Under the pieces are notes generated by a model that had not been told where the DNA came from, did no database searches, and saw only the letters and a list, made by a program, of their open reading frames with translations. Both the position numbers and the translations under genes were made by a program. DNA of 64,000 nucleotides from assembly GCA_002189035.1 (NCBI GenBank), contig NEEC01000101.1, forward strand, positions 53,918 to 117,917. Reading direction: 5' to 3'. Of this stretch, positions 9,201 through 23,100 are shown in pieces (the stretch's first letter is position 1; every line of letters starts with the position of its first letter). This stretch comes from Utricularia gibba. Taxonomy: Eukaryota; Plantae; Magnoliophyta.

Positions 9201-12200
9201 CTCCTGAGCCCAATCGGGTCCTACTCGATGAAAATCGTGATGCATTTAATGAAGTTAGGATGTCATGAGCGCCCCAAATGGTTTTCTCAACAACCTGATT
9301 TATATTTGACGAGGTGCTCTAGGCTGGCACTAGTATCGAGCAAATGGTCGAGTCGCGCTCTGGCCCATAGTCATTTGTAGCCCGGCCAAAAAAGTGATGC
9401 ATTTATTAACGTTGGGTTTTCGGCGGCTGCCTACATGCTTTTTCAAGGAAAAGTTGTCGTTTTTTGGCGGGTGCTGTTGTTGGGAACTTCGTCCGGACCC
9501 AAGGTTCGGTCTGACTTCACAGCACAATAAGGTCCCATTCGACGAAAATCGTGATACCTTTATTGAAGTTAGGATCTCATGACCGCCCCAAATGCTTTTT
9601 TCAACAGCATGCTTTAAACTTGAGAAGGCGCTTTTGTGGGTCACCGAGATCGGGCCGGAATTCAGGTCGGGCTTGGGGACAAAGTCAGCTGTAGCCCGTC
9701 AAAAGAAGTGATGCATTTATTAACGTTGGGTTGTCGGCGGCTGCCCACATTTTCAAGCAACAGCTTGCCGTTTTAAGGCGGGTGCTGTCGTTGGCAGCTT
9801 TGTAAGGGCCCAAGGTTCGGCTCCTGAGCCCAATCGGGTCCTACTCGATGAAAATCGTGATGCATTTGCTTTTGTTAGGATGTCATGAGAACCCCAATGG
9901 GTTTTCTCCACACTCTACTTTATATTTGAGAAGGCGCTCTCGGGGGGTTTTGGATTGGGCCAGAGGTCGGGTCGGGCTCACGCCCATAGTCAGTTGTAGC
10001 CCGGAAAATAAGTCATGCATTTATCAACGTTGGGTTTTCGGCGGCTGCCTAAATGGTTTTTCAAGCAACAGCTTGCCGTTTTAAGGCGGGTGCTGTCGTT
10101 GGCAGCTTTGTAAGGGCCCAAGGTTTGGTCTGGCTCCTGAGCCCAATCGGGTCCTACTCGATGAAAATCGTGATGCATTTAATGAAGTTAGGATGTCATG
10201 AGCGCCCCAAATGGTTTTCTCAACAACCTGATTTATATTTGACGAGGTGCTCTAGGCTGGCACTAGTATCGAGCAAATGGTCGAGTCGCGCTCTGGCCCA
10301 TAGTCATTTGTAGCCCGGCCAAAAAAGTGATGCATTTATTAACGTTGGGTTTTCGGCGGCTGCCTACATGCTTTTTCAAGGAAAAGTTGTCGTTTTTTGG
10401 CGGGTGCTGTTGTTGGGAACTTCGTCCGGACCCAAGGTTCGGTCTGACTTCACAGCACAATAAGGTCCCATTCGACGAAAATCGTGATACCTTTATTGCT
10501 GTTAGGATCTCATGATTACCCCAAATGCTTTTTTCAACAGCATGCTATACACTTGAGAAGGCGCTTTTGTGGGTCACCGAGATCGGCCCGGAATTCGGGT
10601 CGAGCTCGGGCCCAAAGTCAGCTGTAGCCCGATAAAAGAAGTGATGCATTTATTAACGTTGGGTTGTCGGCGGCTGCCCACATGGTTTTTCAAGCAACAG
10701 CTTGCCGTTTTAAGGCGGGTGCTGTCGTTGGCAGCTTTGTAAGGGCCCAAGGTTTGGTCTGGCTCCTGAGCCCAATCGGGTCCTACTCGATGAAAATCGT
10801 GATGCATTTAATGAAGTTAGGATGTCATGAGCGCCCCAAATGGTTTTCTCAACAACCTGATTTTTATTCGACGAGGTGCTTTAAGCTGGCTCTAGTATCG
10901 AGCAAATGGTCGAGTCGCGCTCTGGCCCATAGTCATTTTTAGCCCGGCAAAAAAGTGATGCATTTATTAACGTTGGGTTTTCGGCGGCTGCCTACATGCT
11001 TTTTCAAAAAGTTGTCGTTTTTTGGCGGGTGCTGTTGTTGGGAACTTCGTCCGGACCCAAGGTTCGGTCTGACTTCACAGCACAATAAGGTCCCATTCGA
11101 CGAAAATCGTGATACCTTTATTGCAGTTAGGATCTCATGATTACCCCAAATGCTTTTTTCAACAGCATGCTATACACTTGAGAAGGCGCTTTTGTGGGTC
11201 ACCGAGATCGGCCGGAATTCGGGTCGAGCTCGGGCCCAAAGTCAGCTGTAGCCCGATAAAAGAAGTGATGCATTTATTAACGTTGGGTTGTCGGCGGCTG
11301 CCCACATGGTTTTTCAAGCAACAGCTTGCCGTTTTAAGGCGGGTGCTGTCGTTGGCAGCTTTGTAAGGGCCCAAGGTTTGGTCTGGCTCCTGAGCCCAAT
11401 CGGGTCCTACTCGATGAAAATCGTGATGCATTTAATGAAGTTAGGATGTCATGAGCGCCCCAAATGGTTTTCTCAACAACCTGATTTATATTTGACGAGG
11501 TGCTCTAGGCTGGCACTAGTATCGAGCAAATGGTCGAGTCGCGCTCTGGCCCATAGTCATTTGTAGCCCGGCCAAAAAAGTGATGCATTTATTAACGTTG
11601 GGTTTTCGGCGGCTGCCTACATGCTTTTTCAAGGAAAAGTTGTCGTTTTTTGGCGGGTGCTGTTGTTGGGAACTTCGTCCGGACCCAAGGTTCGGTCTGA
11701 CTTCACAGCACAATAAGGTCCCATTCGACGAAAATCGTGATACCTTTATTGAAGTTAGGATCTCATGACCGCCCCAAATGCTTTTTTCAACAGCATGCTT
11801 TAAACTTGAGAAGGCGCTTTTGTGGGTCACCGAGATCGGGCCGGAATTCAGGTCGGCTTGGGGGACAAAGTCAGCTGTAGCCCGTCAAAAGAAGTGATGC
11901 ATTTATTAACGTTGGGTTGTCGGCGGCTGCCCACATTTTCAAGCAACAGCTTGCCGTTTTAAGGCGGGTGCTGTCGTTGGCAGCTTTGTAAGGGCCCAAG
12001 GTTCGGCTCCTGAGCCCAATCGGGTCCTACTCGATGAAAATCGTGATGCATTTGCTTTTGTTAGGATGTCATGAGAACCCCAATGGGTTTTCTCCACACT
12101 CTACTTTATATTTGAGAAGGCGCTCTCGGGGGTTTTGGGATTGGGCCAGAGGTCGGGTCGGGCTCACGCCCATAGTCAGTTGTAGCCCGGAAAATAAGTC

Positions 12201-15200
12201 ATGCATTTATCAACGTTGGGTTTTCGGCGGCTGCCTAAATGGTTTTTCAAGCAACAGCTTGCCGTTTTAAGGCGGGTGCTGTCGTTGGCAGCTTTGTAAG
12301 GGCCCAAGGTTTGGTCTGGCTCCTGAGCCCAATCGGGTCCTACTCGATGAAAATCGTGATGCATTTAATGAAGTTAGGATGTCATGAGCGCCCCAAATGG
12401 TTTTCTCAACAACCTGATTTATATTTGACGAGGTGCTCTAGGCTGGCACTAGTATCGAGCAAATGGTCGAGTCGCGCTCTGGCCCATAGTCATTTGTAGC
12501 CCGGCCAAAAAAGTGATGCATTTATTAACGTTGGGTTTTCGGCGGCTGCCTACATGCTTTTTCAAGGAAAAGTTGTCGTTTTTTGGCGGGTGCTGTTGTT
12601 GGGAACTTCGTCCGGACCCAAGGTTCGGTCTGACTTCACAGCACAATAAGGTCCCATTCGACGAAAATCGTGATACCTTTATTGCTGTTAGGATCTCATG
12701 ATTACCCCAAATGCTTTTTTCAACAGCATGCTATACACTTGAGAAGGCGCTTTTGTGGGTCACCGAGATCGGCCCGGAATTCGGGTCGAGCTCGGGCCCA
12801 AAGTCAGCTGTAGCCCGATAAAAGAAGTGATGCATTTATTAACGTTGGGTTGTCGGCGGCTGCCCACATGGTTTTTCAAGCAACAGCTTGCCGTTTTAAG
12901 GCGGGTGCTGTCGTTGGCAGCTTTGTAAGGGCCCAAGGTTTGGTCTGGCTCCTGAGCCCAATCGGGTCCTACTCGATGAAAATCGTGATGCATTTAATGA
13001 AGTTAGGATGTCATGAGCGCCCCAAATGGTTTTCTCAACAACCTGATTTATATTTGACGAGGTGCTTTAGCTGGCACTAGTATCGAGCAAATGGTCGAGT
13101 CGCGCTCTGGCCCATAGTCATTTGTAGCCCGGCAAAAAAGTGATGCATTTATTAACGTTGGGTTTTCGGCGGCTGCCTACATGCTTTTTCAAGGAAAAGT
13201 TGTCGTTTTTTGGCGGGTGCTGTTGTTGGGAACTTCGTCCGGACCCAAGGTTCGGTCTGACTTCACAGCACAATAAGGTCCCATTCGACGAAAATCGTGA
13301 TACCTTTATTGAAGTTAGGATCTCATGACCCCAAATGCTTTTTTCAACAGCATGCTATACACTTGAGAAGGCGCTTTTGTGGGTCACCGAGATCGGCCCG
13401 GAATTCGGGTCGAGCTCGGGCCCAAAGTCAGCTGTAGCCCGAAAAAGAAGTGATGCATTTATTAACGTTGGGTTGTCGGCGGCTGCCCACATGGTTTTTC
13501 AAGCAACAGCTTGCCGTTTTAAGGCGGGTGCTGTCGTTGGCAGCTTTGTAAGGGCCCAAGGTTTGGTCTGGCTCCTGAGCCCAATCGGGTCCTACTCGAT
13601 GAAAATCGTGATGCATTTAATGAAGTTAGGATGTCATGAGCGCCCCAAATGGTTTTCTCAACAACCTGATTTATATTTGACGAGGTGCTCTAGGCTGGCA
13701 CTAGTATCGAGCAAATGGTCGAGTCGCGCTCTGGCCCATAGTCATTTGTAGCCGGCCAAAAAAGCGATGCATTTATTAACGTTGGGTTTTCGGCGGCTGC
13801 CTACATGCTTTTTCAAGGAAAAGTTGTCGTTTTTTGGCGGGTGCTGTTGTTGGGAACTTCGTCCGGACCCAAGGTTCGGTCTGACTTCACAGCACAATAA
13901 GGTCCCATTCGACGAAAATCGTGATACCTTTATTGCTGTTAGGATCTCATGATTACCCCAAATGCTTTTTTCAACAGCATGCTATACACTTGAGAAGGCG
14001 CTTTTGTGGGTCACCGAGATCGGCCGGAATTCGGGTCGAGCTCGGGCCCAAAGTCAGCTGTAGCCCGATAAAAGAAGTGATGCATTTATTAACGTTGGGT
14101 TGTCGGCGGCTGCCCACATGGTTTTTCAAGCAACAGCTTGCCGTTTTAAGGCGGGTGCTGTCGTTGGCAGCTTTGTAAGGGCCCAAGGTTGGTCTGGCTC
14201 CTGAGCCCAATCGGGTCCTACTCGATGAAAATCGTGATGCATTTAATGAAGTTAGGATGTCATGAGCGCCCCAAATGGTTTTCTCAACAACCTGATTTAT
14301 ATTTGACGAGGTGCTCTAGGCTGGCACTAGTATCGAGCAAATGGTCGAGTCGCGCTCTGGCCCATAGTCATTTGTAGCCCGGCCAAAAAAGTGATGCATT
14401 TATTAACGTTGGGTTTTCGGCGGCTGCCTACATGCTTTTTCAAGGAAAAGTTGTCGTTTTTTGGCGGGTGCTGTTGTTGGGAACTTCGTCCGGACCCAAG
14501 GTTCGGTCTGACTTCACAGCACAATAAGGTCCCATTCGACGAAAATCGTGATACCTTTATTGAAGTTAGGATCTCATGACCGCCCCAAATGCTTTTTTCA
14601 ACAGCATGCTTTAAACTGAGAAGGCGCTTTTGTGGGTCACCGAGATCGGGCCGGAATTCAGGTCGGGCTTGGGGACAAAGTCAGCTGTAGCCCGTCAAAA
14701 GAAGTGATGCATTTATTAACGTTGGGTTGTCGGCGGCTGCCCACATTTTCAAGCAACAGCTTGCCGTTTTAAGGCGGGTGCTGTCGTTGGCAGCTTTGTA
14801 AGGGCCCAAGGTTCGGCTCCTGAGCCCAATCGGGTCCTACTCGATGAAAATCGTGATGCATTTGCTTTTGTTAGGATGTCATGAGAACCCCAATGGGTTT
14901 TCTCCACACTCTACTTTATATTTGAGAAGGCGCTCTCGGGGGTTTTGGGATTGGGCCAGAGGTCGGGTCGGGCTCACGCCCATAGTCAGTTGTAGCCCGG
15001 AAAATAAGTCATGCATTTATCAACGTTGGGTTTTCGGCGGCTGCCTAAATGGTTTTTCAAGCAACAGCTTGCCGTTTTAAGGCGGGTGCTGTCGTTGGCA
15101 GCTTTGTAAGGGCCCAAGGTTTGGTCTGGCTCCTGAGCCCAATCGGGTCCTACTCGATGAAAATCGTGATGCATTTAATGAAGTTAGGATGTCATGAGCG

Positions 15201-17190
15201 CCCCAAATGGTTTTCTCAACAACCTGATTTATATTTGACGAGGTGCTCTAGGCTGGCACTAGTATCGAGCAAATGGTCGAGTCGCGCTCTGGCCCATAGT
15301 CATTTGTAGCCCGGCCAAAAAAGTGATGCATTTATTAACGTTGGGTTTTCGGCGGCTGCCTACATGCTTTTTCAAGGAAAAGTTGTCGTTTTTTGGCGGG
15401 TGCTGTTGTTGGGAACTTCGTTCGGACCCAAGGTTCGGTCTGACTTCACAGCACAATAAGGTCCCATTCGACGAAAATCGTGATACCTTTATTGCTGTTA
15501 GGATCTCATGATTACCCCAAATGCTTTTTTCAACAGCATGCTATACACTTGAGAAGGCGCTTTTGTGGGTCACCGAGATCGGCCCGGAATTCGGGTCGAG
15601 CTCGGGCCAAAGTCAGCTGTAGCCCGATAAAAGAAGTGATGCATTTATTAACGTTGGGTTGTCGGCGGCTGCCCACATGGTTTTTCAAGCAACAGCTTGC
15701 CGTTTTAAGGCGGGTGTTGTCGTTGGCAGCTTTGTAAGGGCCCAAGGTTTGTCTGGCTCCTGAGCCCAATCGGGTCCTACTCGATGAAAATCGTGATGCA
15801 TTTAATGAAGTTAGGATGTCATGAGCGCCCCAAATGGTTTTCTCAACAACCTGATTTTTATTGACGAGGTGCTTTAGCTGGCTAGTATCGAGCAAATGGT
15901 CGAGTCGCGCTCTGGCCCATAGTCATTTTAGCCCGGCAAAAAAGTGATGCATTTATTAACGTTGGGTTTTCGGCGGCTGCCTACATGCTTTTTCAGGAAA
16001 AGTTGTCGTTTTTTGGCGGGTGCTGTTGTTGGGAACTTCGTCCGGACCCAAGGTTCGGTCTGACTTCACAGCACAATAAGGTCCCATTCGACGAAAATCG
16101 TGATACCTTTATTGAAGTTAGGATCTCATGATTACCCCAAATGCTTTTTTCAACAGCATGCTATACACTTGAGAAGGCGCTTTTGTGGGTCACCGAGATC
16201 GGGCCGGAATTCGGGTCGGGCTTGGGCCCAAAGTCAGCTGTAGCCCGTCAAAAGAAGTGATGCATTTATTAACGTTGGGTTGTCGGCGGCTGCCCACATG
16301 GTTTTTCAAGCAACAGCTTGCCGTTTTAAGGCGGGTGCTGTCGTTGGCAGCTTTGTAAGGGCCAAGGTTTGGTCTGGCTCCTGAGCCCAATCGGGTCCTA
16401 CTCGATGAAAATCGTGATGCATTTAATGAAGTTAGGATGTCATGAGCGCCCCAAATGTTTTCTCAACAACCTGATTTATATTTGACGAGGTGCTCTAGGC
16501 TGGCACTAGTATCGAGCAAATGGTCGAGTCGCGCTCTGGCCCATAGTCATTTGTAGCCGGCCAAAAAAGCGATGCATTTATTAACGTTGGGTTTTCGGCG
16601 GCTGCCTACATGCTTTTTGAAGCAAAAGTTGTCGTTTTTTGGCGGGTGCTGTTGTTGGGAACTTCGTCCGGACCCAAGGTTCGGTCTGACTTCACAGCAC
16701 AATAAGGTCCCATTCGACGAAAATCGTGATACCTTTATTGAAGTTAGGATCTCATGACCGCCCCAAATGCTTTTTTCAACAGCATGCTTTAAACTTGAGA
16801 AGGCGCTTTTGTGGGTCACCGAGATCGGGCCGGAATTCAGGTCGGGCTTGGACAAAGTCAGCTGTAGCCCGTCAAAAGAAGTGATGCATTTATTAACGTT
16901 GGTTGTCGGCGGCTGCCCACATGGTTTTTAAGCAACAGCTTGCCGTTTTAAGGCGGGTGCTGTCGTTGGCAGCTTTGTAAGGGCCCAAGGTTCGGTCTGG
17001 CTCCTGAGCCCAATCGGGTCCTACTCGATGAAAATCGTGATGCATTTGCTTTTGTTAGGATGTCATGAGAACCCCAATGGTTTTCTCCACACTCTACTTT
17101 ATATTTGAGAAGGCGCTCTCGGGGGTTTAGGGATTGGGCCAGAGGTCGGGTCGGGCTCACGCCCATAGTCAGTTGTAGCCCGGAAAATAA
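6274..17190 (+). repeat. Long-HOR run 7,5,7,9,7-mer
   Basis: HOR starts at 6274, 8453, 10012, 12198, 15008 and 17191 (lengths 2179, 1559, 2186, 2810, 2183). Confidence 0.9.
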
Positions 17191-20100
17191 GTCATGCATT
17201 TATCAACGTTGGGTTTTCGGCGGCTGCCTAAATGGTTTTTCAAGCAACAGCTTGCCGTTTTAAGGCGGGTGCTGTCGTTGGCAGCTTTGTAGGGCCCAAG
17301 GTTTGGTCTGGCTCCTGAGCCCAATCGGGTCCTACTCGATGAAAATCGTGATGCATTTAATGAAGTTAGGATGTCATGAGCGCCCCAAATGGTTTTCTCA
17401 ACAACCTGATTTATATTTGACGAGGTGCTCTAGGCTGGCACTAGTATCGAGCAAATGGTCGAGTCGCGCTCTGGCCCATAGTCATTTGTAGCCGGCCAAA
17501 AAAGTGATGCATTTATTAACGTTGGGTTTTCGGCGGCTGCCTACATGCTTTTTGAAGCAAAAGTTGTCGTTTTTTGGCGGGTGCTGTTGTTGGGAACTTC
17601 GTCCGGACCCAAGGTTCGGTCTGACTTCACAGCACAATAAGGTCCCATTCGACGAAAATCGTGATACCTTTATTGAAGTTAGGATCTCATGACCGCCCCA
17701 AATGCTTTTTTCAACAGCATGCTTTAAACTTGAGAAGGCGCTTTTGTGGGTCACCGAGATCGGGCCGGAATTCGGGTCGGGCTTGGGGACAAAGTCAGCT
17801 GTAGCCCGTCAAAAGAAGTGATGCATTTATTAACGTTGGTTGTCGGCGGCTGCCCACATGGTTTTAAAGCAACAGCTTGCCGTTTTAAGGCGGGTGCTGT
17901 CGTTGGCAGCTTTGTAAGGGCCCAAGGTTCGGTCTGGCTCCTGAGCCCAATCGGGTCCTACTCGATGAAAATCGTGATGCATTTGCTTTTGTTAGGATGT
18001 CATGAGAACCCCAATGGGTTTTCTCCACACTCTACTTTATATTTGAGAAGGCGCTCTCGGGTTTGGGATTGGGCCAGAGGTCGGGTCGGCTCACGCCCAT
18101 AGTCAGTTGTAGCCCGGAAAATAAGTCATGCATTTATCAACGTTGGGTTTTCGGCGGCTGCCTAAATGGTTTTTCAAGCAACAGCTTGCCGTTTTAAGGC
18201 GGGTGCTGTCGTTGGCAGCTTTGTAGGGCCCAAGGTTTGGTCTGCTCCTGAGCCCAATCGGGTCCTACTCGATGAAAATCGTGATGCATTTAATGAAGTT
18301 AGGATGTCATGAGCGCCCCAAATGGTTTTCTCAACAACCTGATTTATATTTGACGAGGTGCTCTAGGCTGGCACTAGTATCGAGCAAATGGTCGAGTCGC
18401 GCTCTGGCCCATAGTCATTTGTAGCCCGGCCAAAAAAGTGATGCATTTATTAACGTTGGGTTTTCGGCGGCTGCCTACATGCTTTTTGAGGCAAAAGTTG
18501 TCGTTTTTTGGCGGGTGCTGTTGTTGGGAACTTCGTCCGGACCCAAGGTTCGGTCTGACTTCACAGCACAATAAGGTCCCATTCGACGAAAATCGTGATA
18601 CCTTTATTGAAGTTAGGATCTCATGACCCCCCAAATGCTTTTTTCAACAGCATGCTTTAAACTTGAGAAGGCGCTTTTGTGGGTCACCGAGATCGGCCGG
18701 AATTCGGGTCGGGCTTGGGGGACAAAGTCAGCTGTAGCCCGTCAAAAGAAGTGATGCATTTATTAACGTTGGCTTGTCGGCGGCTGCCCACATGGTTTTT
18801 AAAGCAACAGCTTGCCGTTTTAAGGCGGGTGCTGTCGTTGGCAGCTTTGTAAGGGCCCAAGGTTCGGTCTGGCTCCTGAGCCCAATCGGGTCCTACTCGA
18901 TGAAAATCGTGATGCATTTGCTTTTGTTAGGATGTCATGAGAACCCCAATGGGTTTTCTCCACACTCTACTTTATATTTGAGAAGGCGCTCTCGGGGGTT
19001 TAGGGATTGGGCCAGAGGTCGGGTCGGGCTCACGCCCATAGTCAGTTGTAGCCCGGAAAATAAGTCATGCATTTATCAACGTTGGGTTTTCGGCGGCTGC
19101 CTAAATGGTTTTTCAAGCAACAGCTTGCCGTTTTAAGGCGGGTGCTGTCGTTGGCAGCTTTGTACGGGCCCAAGGTTTGGTCTGGCTCCTGAGCCCAATC
19201 GGGTCCTACTCGATGAAAATCGTGATGCATTTAATGAAGTTAGGATGTCATGAGCGCCCCAAATGGTTTTCTCAACAACCTGATTTATATTTGACGAGGT
19301 GCTCTAGGCTGGCACTAGTATCGAGCAAATGGTCGAGTCGCGCTCTGGCCCATAGTCATTTGTAGCCGGCAAAAAAGTGATGCATTTATTAACGTTGGGT
19401 TTTCGGCGGCTGCCTACATGCTTTTTGAAGCAAAAGTTGTCGTTTTTTGGCGGGTGCTGTTGTTGGGAACTTCGTCCGGACCCAAGGTTCGGTCTGACTT
19501 CACAGCACAATAAGGTCCCATTCGACGAAAATCGTGATACCTTTATTGAAGTTAGGATCTCATGACCGCCCAAATGCTTTTTTCAACAGCATGCTTTAAA
19601 CTTGAGAAGGCGCTTTTGTGGGTCACCGAGATCGGCCGGAATTCAGGTCGGGCTTGGGGACAAAGTCAGCTGTAGCCCGTCAAAAGAAGTGATGCATTTA
19701 TTAACGTTGGCTTGTCGGCGGCTGCCCACATGGTTTTAAAGCAACAGCTTGCCGTTTTAAGGCGGGTGCTGTCGTTGGCAGCTTTGTAAGGGCCCAAGGT
19801 TCGGTCTGGCTCCTGAGCCCAATCGGGTCCTACTCGATGAAAATCGTGATGCATTTGCTTTTGTTAGGATGTCATGAGAACCCCAATGGGTTTTCTCCAC
19901 ACTCTACTTTATATTTTGAGAAGGCGCTCTCGGGGGGTTTAGGGATTGGGCCAGAGGTCGGGTCGGGCTCACGCCCATAGTCAGTTGTAGCCCGGAAAAT
20001 AAGTCATGCATTTATCAACGTTGGGTTTTCGGCGGCTGCCTAAATGGTTTTCAAGCAACAGCTTGCCGTTTTAAGGCGGGTGCTGTCGTTGGCAGCTTTG

Positions 20101-23100
20101 TACGGGCCCAAGGTTTGGTCTGGCTCCTGAGCCCAATCGGGTCCTACTCGATGAAAATCGTGATGCATTTAATGAAGTTAGGATGTCATGAGCGCCCCAA
20201 ATGGTTTTCTCAACAACCTGATTTATATTTGACGAGGTGCTCTAGGCTGGCACTAGTATCGAGCAAATGGTCGAGTCGCGCTCTGGCCCATAGTCATTTG
20301 TAGCCCGGCCAAAAAAGTGATGCATTTATTAACGTTGGGTTTTCGGCGGCTGCCTACATGCTTTTTGAGGCAAAAGTTGTCGTTTTTTGGCGGGTGCTGT
20401 TGTTGGGAACTTCGTCCGGACCCAAGGTTCGGTCTGACTTCACAGCACAATAAGGTCCCATTCGACGAAAATCGTGATACCTTTATTGAAGTTAGGATCT
20501 CATGACCGCCCAAATGCTTTTTTCAACAGCATGCTTTAAACTTGAGAAGGCGCTTTTGTGGGTCACCGAGATCGGGCCGGAATTCAGGTCGGGCTTGGGG
20601 ACAAAGTCAGCTGTAGCCCGTCAAAAGAAGTGATGCATTTATTAACGTTGGCTTGTCGGCGGCTGCCCACATGGTTTTAAAGCAACAGCTTGCCGTTTTA
20701 AGGCGGGTGCTGTCGTTGGCAGCTTTGTAAGGGCCCAAGGTTCGGTCTGGCTCCTGAGCCAATCGGGTCCTACTCGATGAAAATCGTGATGCATTTGCTT
20801 TTGTTAGGATGTCATGAGAACCCCAATGGTTTTCTCCACACTCTACTTTATATTTGAGAAGGCGCTCTCGGGGGGTTTAGGGATTGGGCCAGAGGTCGGG
20901 TCGGGCTCACGCCCATAGTCAGTTGTAGCCCGGAAAATAAGTCATGCATTTATCAACGTTGGGTTTTCGGCGGCTGCCTAAATGGTTTTTCAAGCAACAG
21001 CTTGCCGTTTTAAGGCGGGTGCTGTCGTTGGCAGCTTTGTACGGGCCCAAGGTTTGGTCTGGCTCCTGAGCCCAATCGGGTCCTACTCGATGAAAATCGT
21101 GATGCATTTAATGAAGTTAGGATGTCATGAGCGCCCCAAATGGTTTTCTCAACAACCTGATTTATATTTGACGAGGTGCTCTAGGCTGGCACTAGTATCG
21201 AGCAAATGGTCGAGTCGCGCTCTGGCCCATAGTCATTTGTAGCCCGGCCAAAAAAGTGATGCATTTATTAACGTTGGGTTTTCGGCGGCTGCCTACATGC
21301 TTTTTGAGCAAAAGTTGTCGTTTTTTGGCGGGTGCTGTTGTTGGAACTTCGTCCGGACCCAAGGTTCGGTCTGACTTCACAGCACAATAAGGTCCCATTC
21401 GACGAAAATCGTGATACCTTTATTGCTGTTAGGATCTCATGATTACCCCAAATGCTTTTTTCAACAGCATGCTATACACTTGAGAAGGCGCTTTTGTGGG
21501 TCACCGAGATCGGCCCGGAATTCGGGTCGAGCTCGGCCCAAAGTCAGCTGTAGCCCGATAAAAGAAGTGATGCATTTATTAACGTTGGTTGTCGGCGGCT
21601 GCCCACATGGTTTTTCAAGCAACAGCTTGCCGTTTTAAGGCGGGTGCTGTCGTTGACAGCTTTGTAAGGGCCCAAGGTTTGGTCTGGCTCCTGAGCCCAA
21701 TCGGGTCCTACTCGATGAAAATCGTGATGCATTTAATGAAGTTAGGATGTCATGAGCGCCCCAAATGGTTTTCTCAACAACCTGATTTATATTTGACGAG
21801 GTGCTCTAGGCTGGCACTAGTATCGAGCAAATGGTCGAGTCGCGCTCTGGCCCATAGTCATTTGTAGCCTGGTCAAAAAAGCGATGCATTTATTAACGTT
21901 GGGTTTTCGGCGGCTGCCTACATGCTTTTTGAAGCAAAAGTTGTCGTTTTTTGGCGGGTGCTGTTGTTGGGAACTTCGTCCGGACCCAAGGTTCGGTCTG
22001 ACTTCACAGCACAATAGGTCCCATTCGACGAAAATCGTGATACCTTTATTGAAGTTAGGATCTCATGACCGCCCCAAATGCTTTTTTCAACAGCATGCTT
22101 TAAACTGAGAAGGCGCTTTTGTGGGTCACCGAGATCGGGCCGGAATTCAGGTCGGGCTTGGGGGACAAAGTCAGCTGTAGCCCGTCAAAAGAAGTGATGC
22201 ATTTATTAACGTTGGCTTGTCGGCGGCTGCCCACATGGTTTTTAAAGCAACAGCTTGCCGTTTTAAGGCGGGTGCTGTCGTTGGCAGCTTTGTAAGGGCC
22301 CAAGGTTCGGTCTGGCTCCTGAGCCCAATCGGGTCCTACTCGATGAAAATCGTGATGCATTTGCTTTTGTTAGGATGTCATGAGAACCCCAATGGTTTTC
22401 TCCACACTCTACTTTTATTTGAGAAGGCGCTCTCGGGGGGTTTAGGATTGGGCCAGAGGTCGGGTCGGGCTCACGCCCATAGTCAGTTGTAGCCCGGAAA
22501 ATAAGTCATGCATTTATCAACGTTGGGTTTTCGGCGGCTGCCTAAATGGTTTTTCAAGCAACAGCTTGCCGTTTTAAGGCGGGTGCTGTCGTTGGCAGCT
22601 TTGTACGGCCCAAGGTTTGGTCTGGCTCCTGAGCCCAATCGGGTCCTACTCGATGAAAATCGTGATGCATTTAATGAAGTTAGGATGTCATGAGCGCCCC
22701 AAATGGTTTTCTCAACAACCTGATTTATATTTGACGAGGTGCTCTAGGCTGGCACTAGTATCGAGCAAATGGTCGAGTCGCGCTCTGGCCCATAGTCATT
22801 TGTAGCCGGTCAAAAAAGTGATGCATTTATTAACGTTGGGTTTTCGGCGGCTGCCTACATGCTTTTTGAAGCAAAAGTTGTCGTTTTTTGGCGGGTGCTG
22901 TTGTTGGGAACTTCGTCCGGACCCAAGGTTCGGTCTGACTTCACAGCACAATAAGGTCCCATTCGACGAAAATCGTGATACCTTTATTGAAGTTAGGATC
23001 TCATGACCGCCCCAAATGCTTTTTTCAACAGCATGCTTTAAACTTGAGAAGGCGCTTTTGTGGGTCACCGAGATCGGGCCGGAATTCAGGTCGGGCTTGG

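Noticed and set aside
1-10011. A full 41 kb tandem super-repeat in which 1-10 kb equals 41-51 kb
   Set aside because: The HOR order matches only partly (5,7,5), and 41.6-50.5 kb carries subfamily III alleles that are essentially absent from 1-10 kb.
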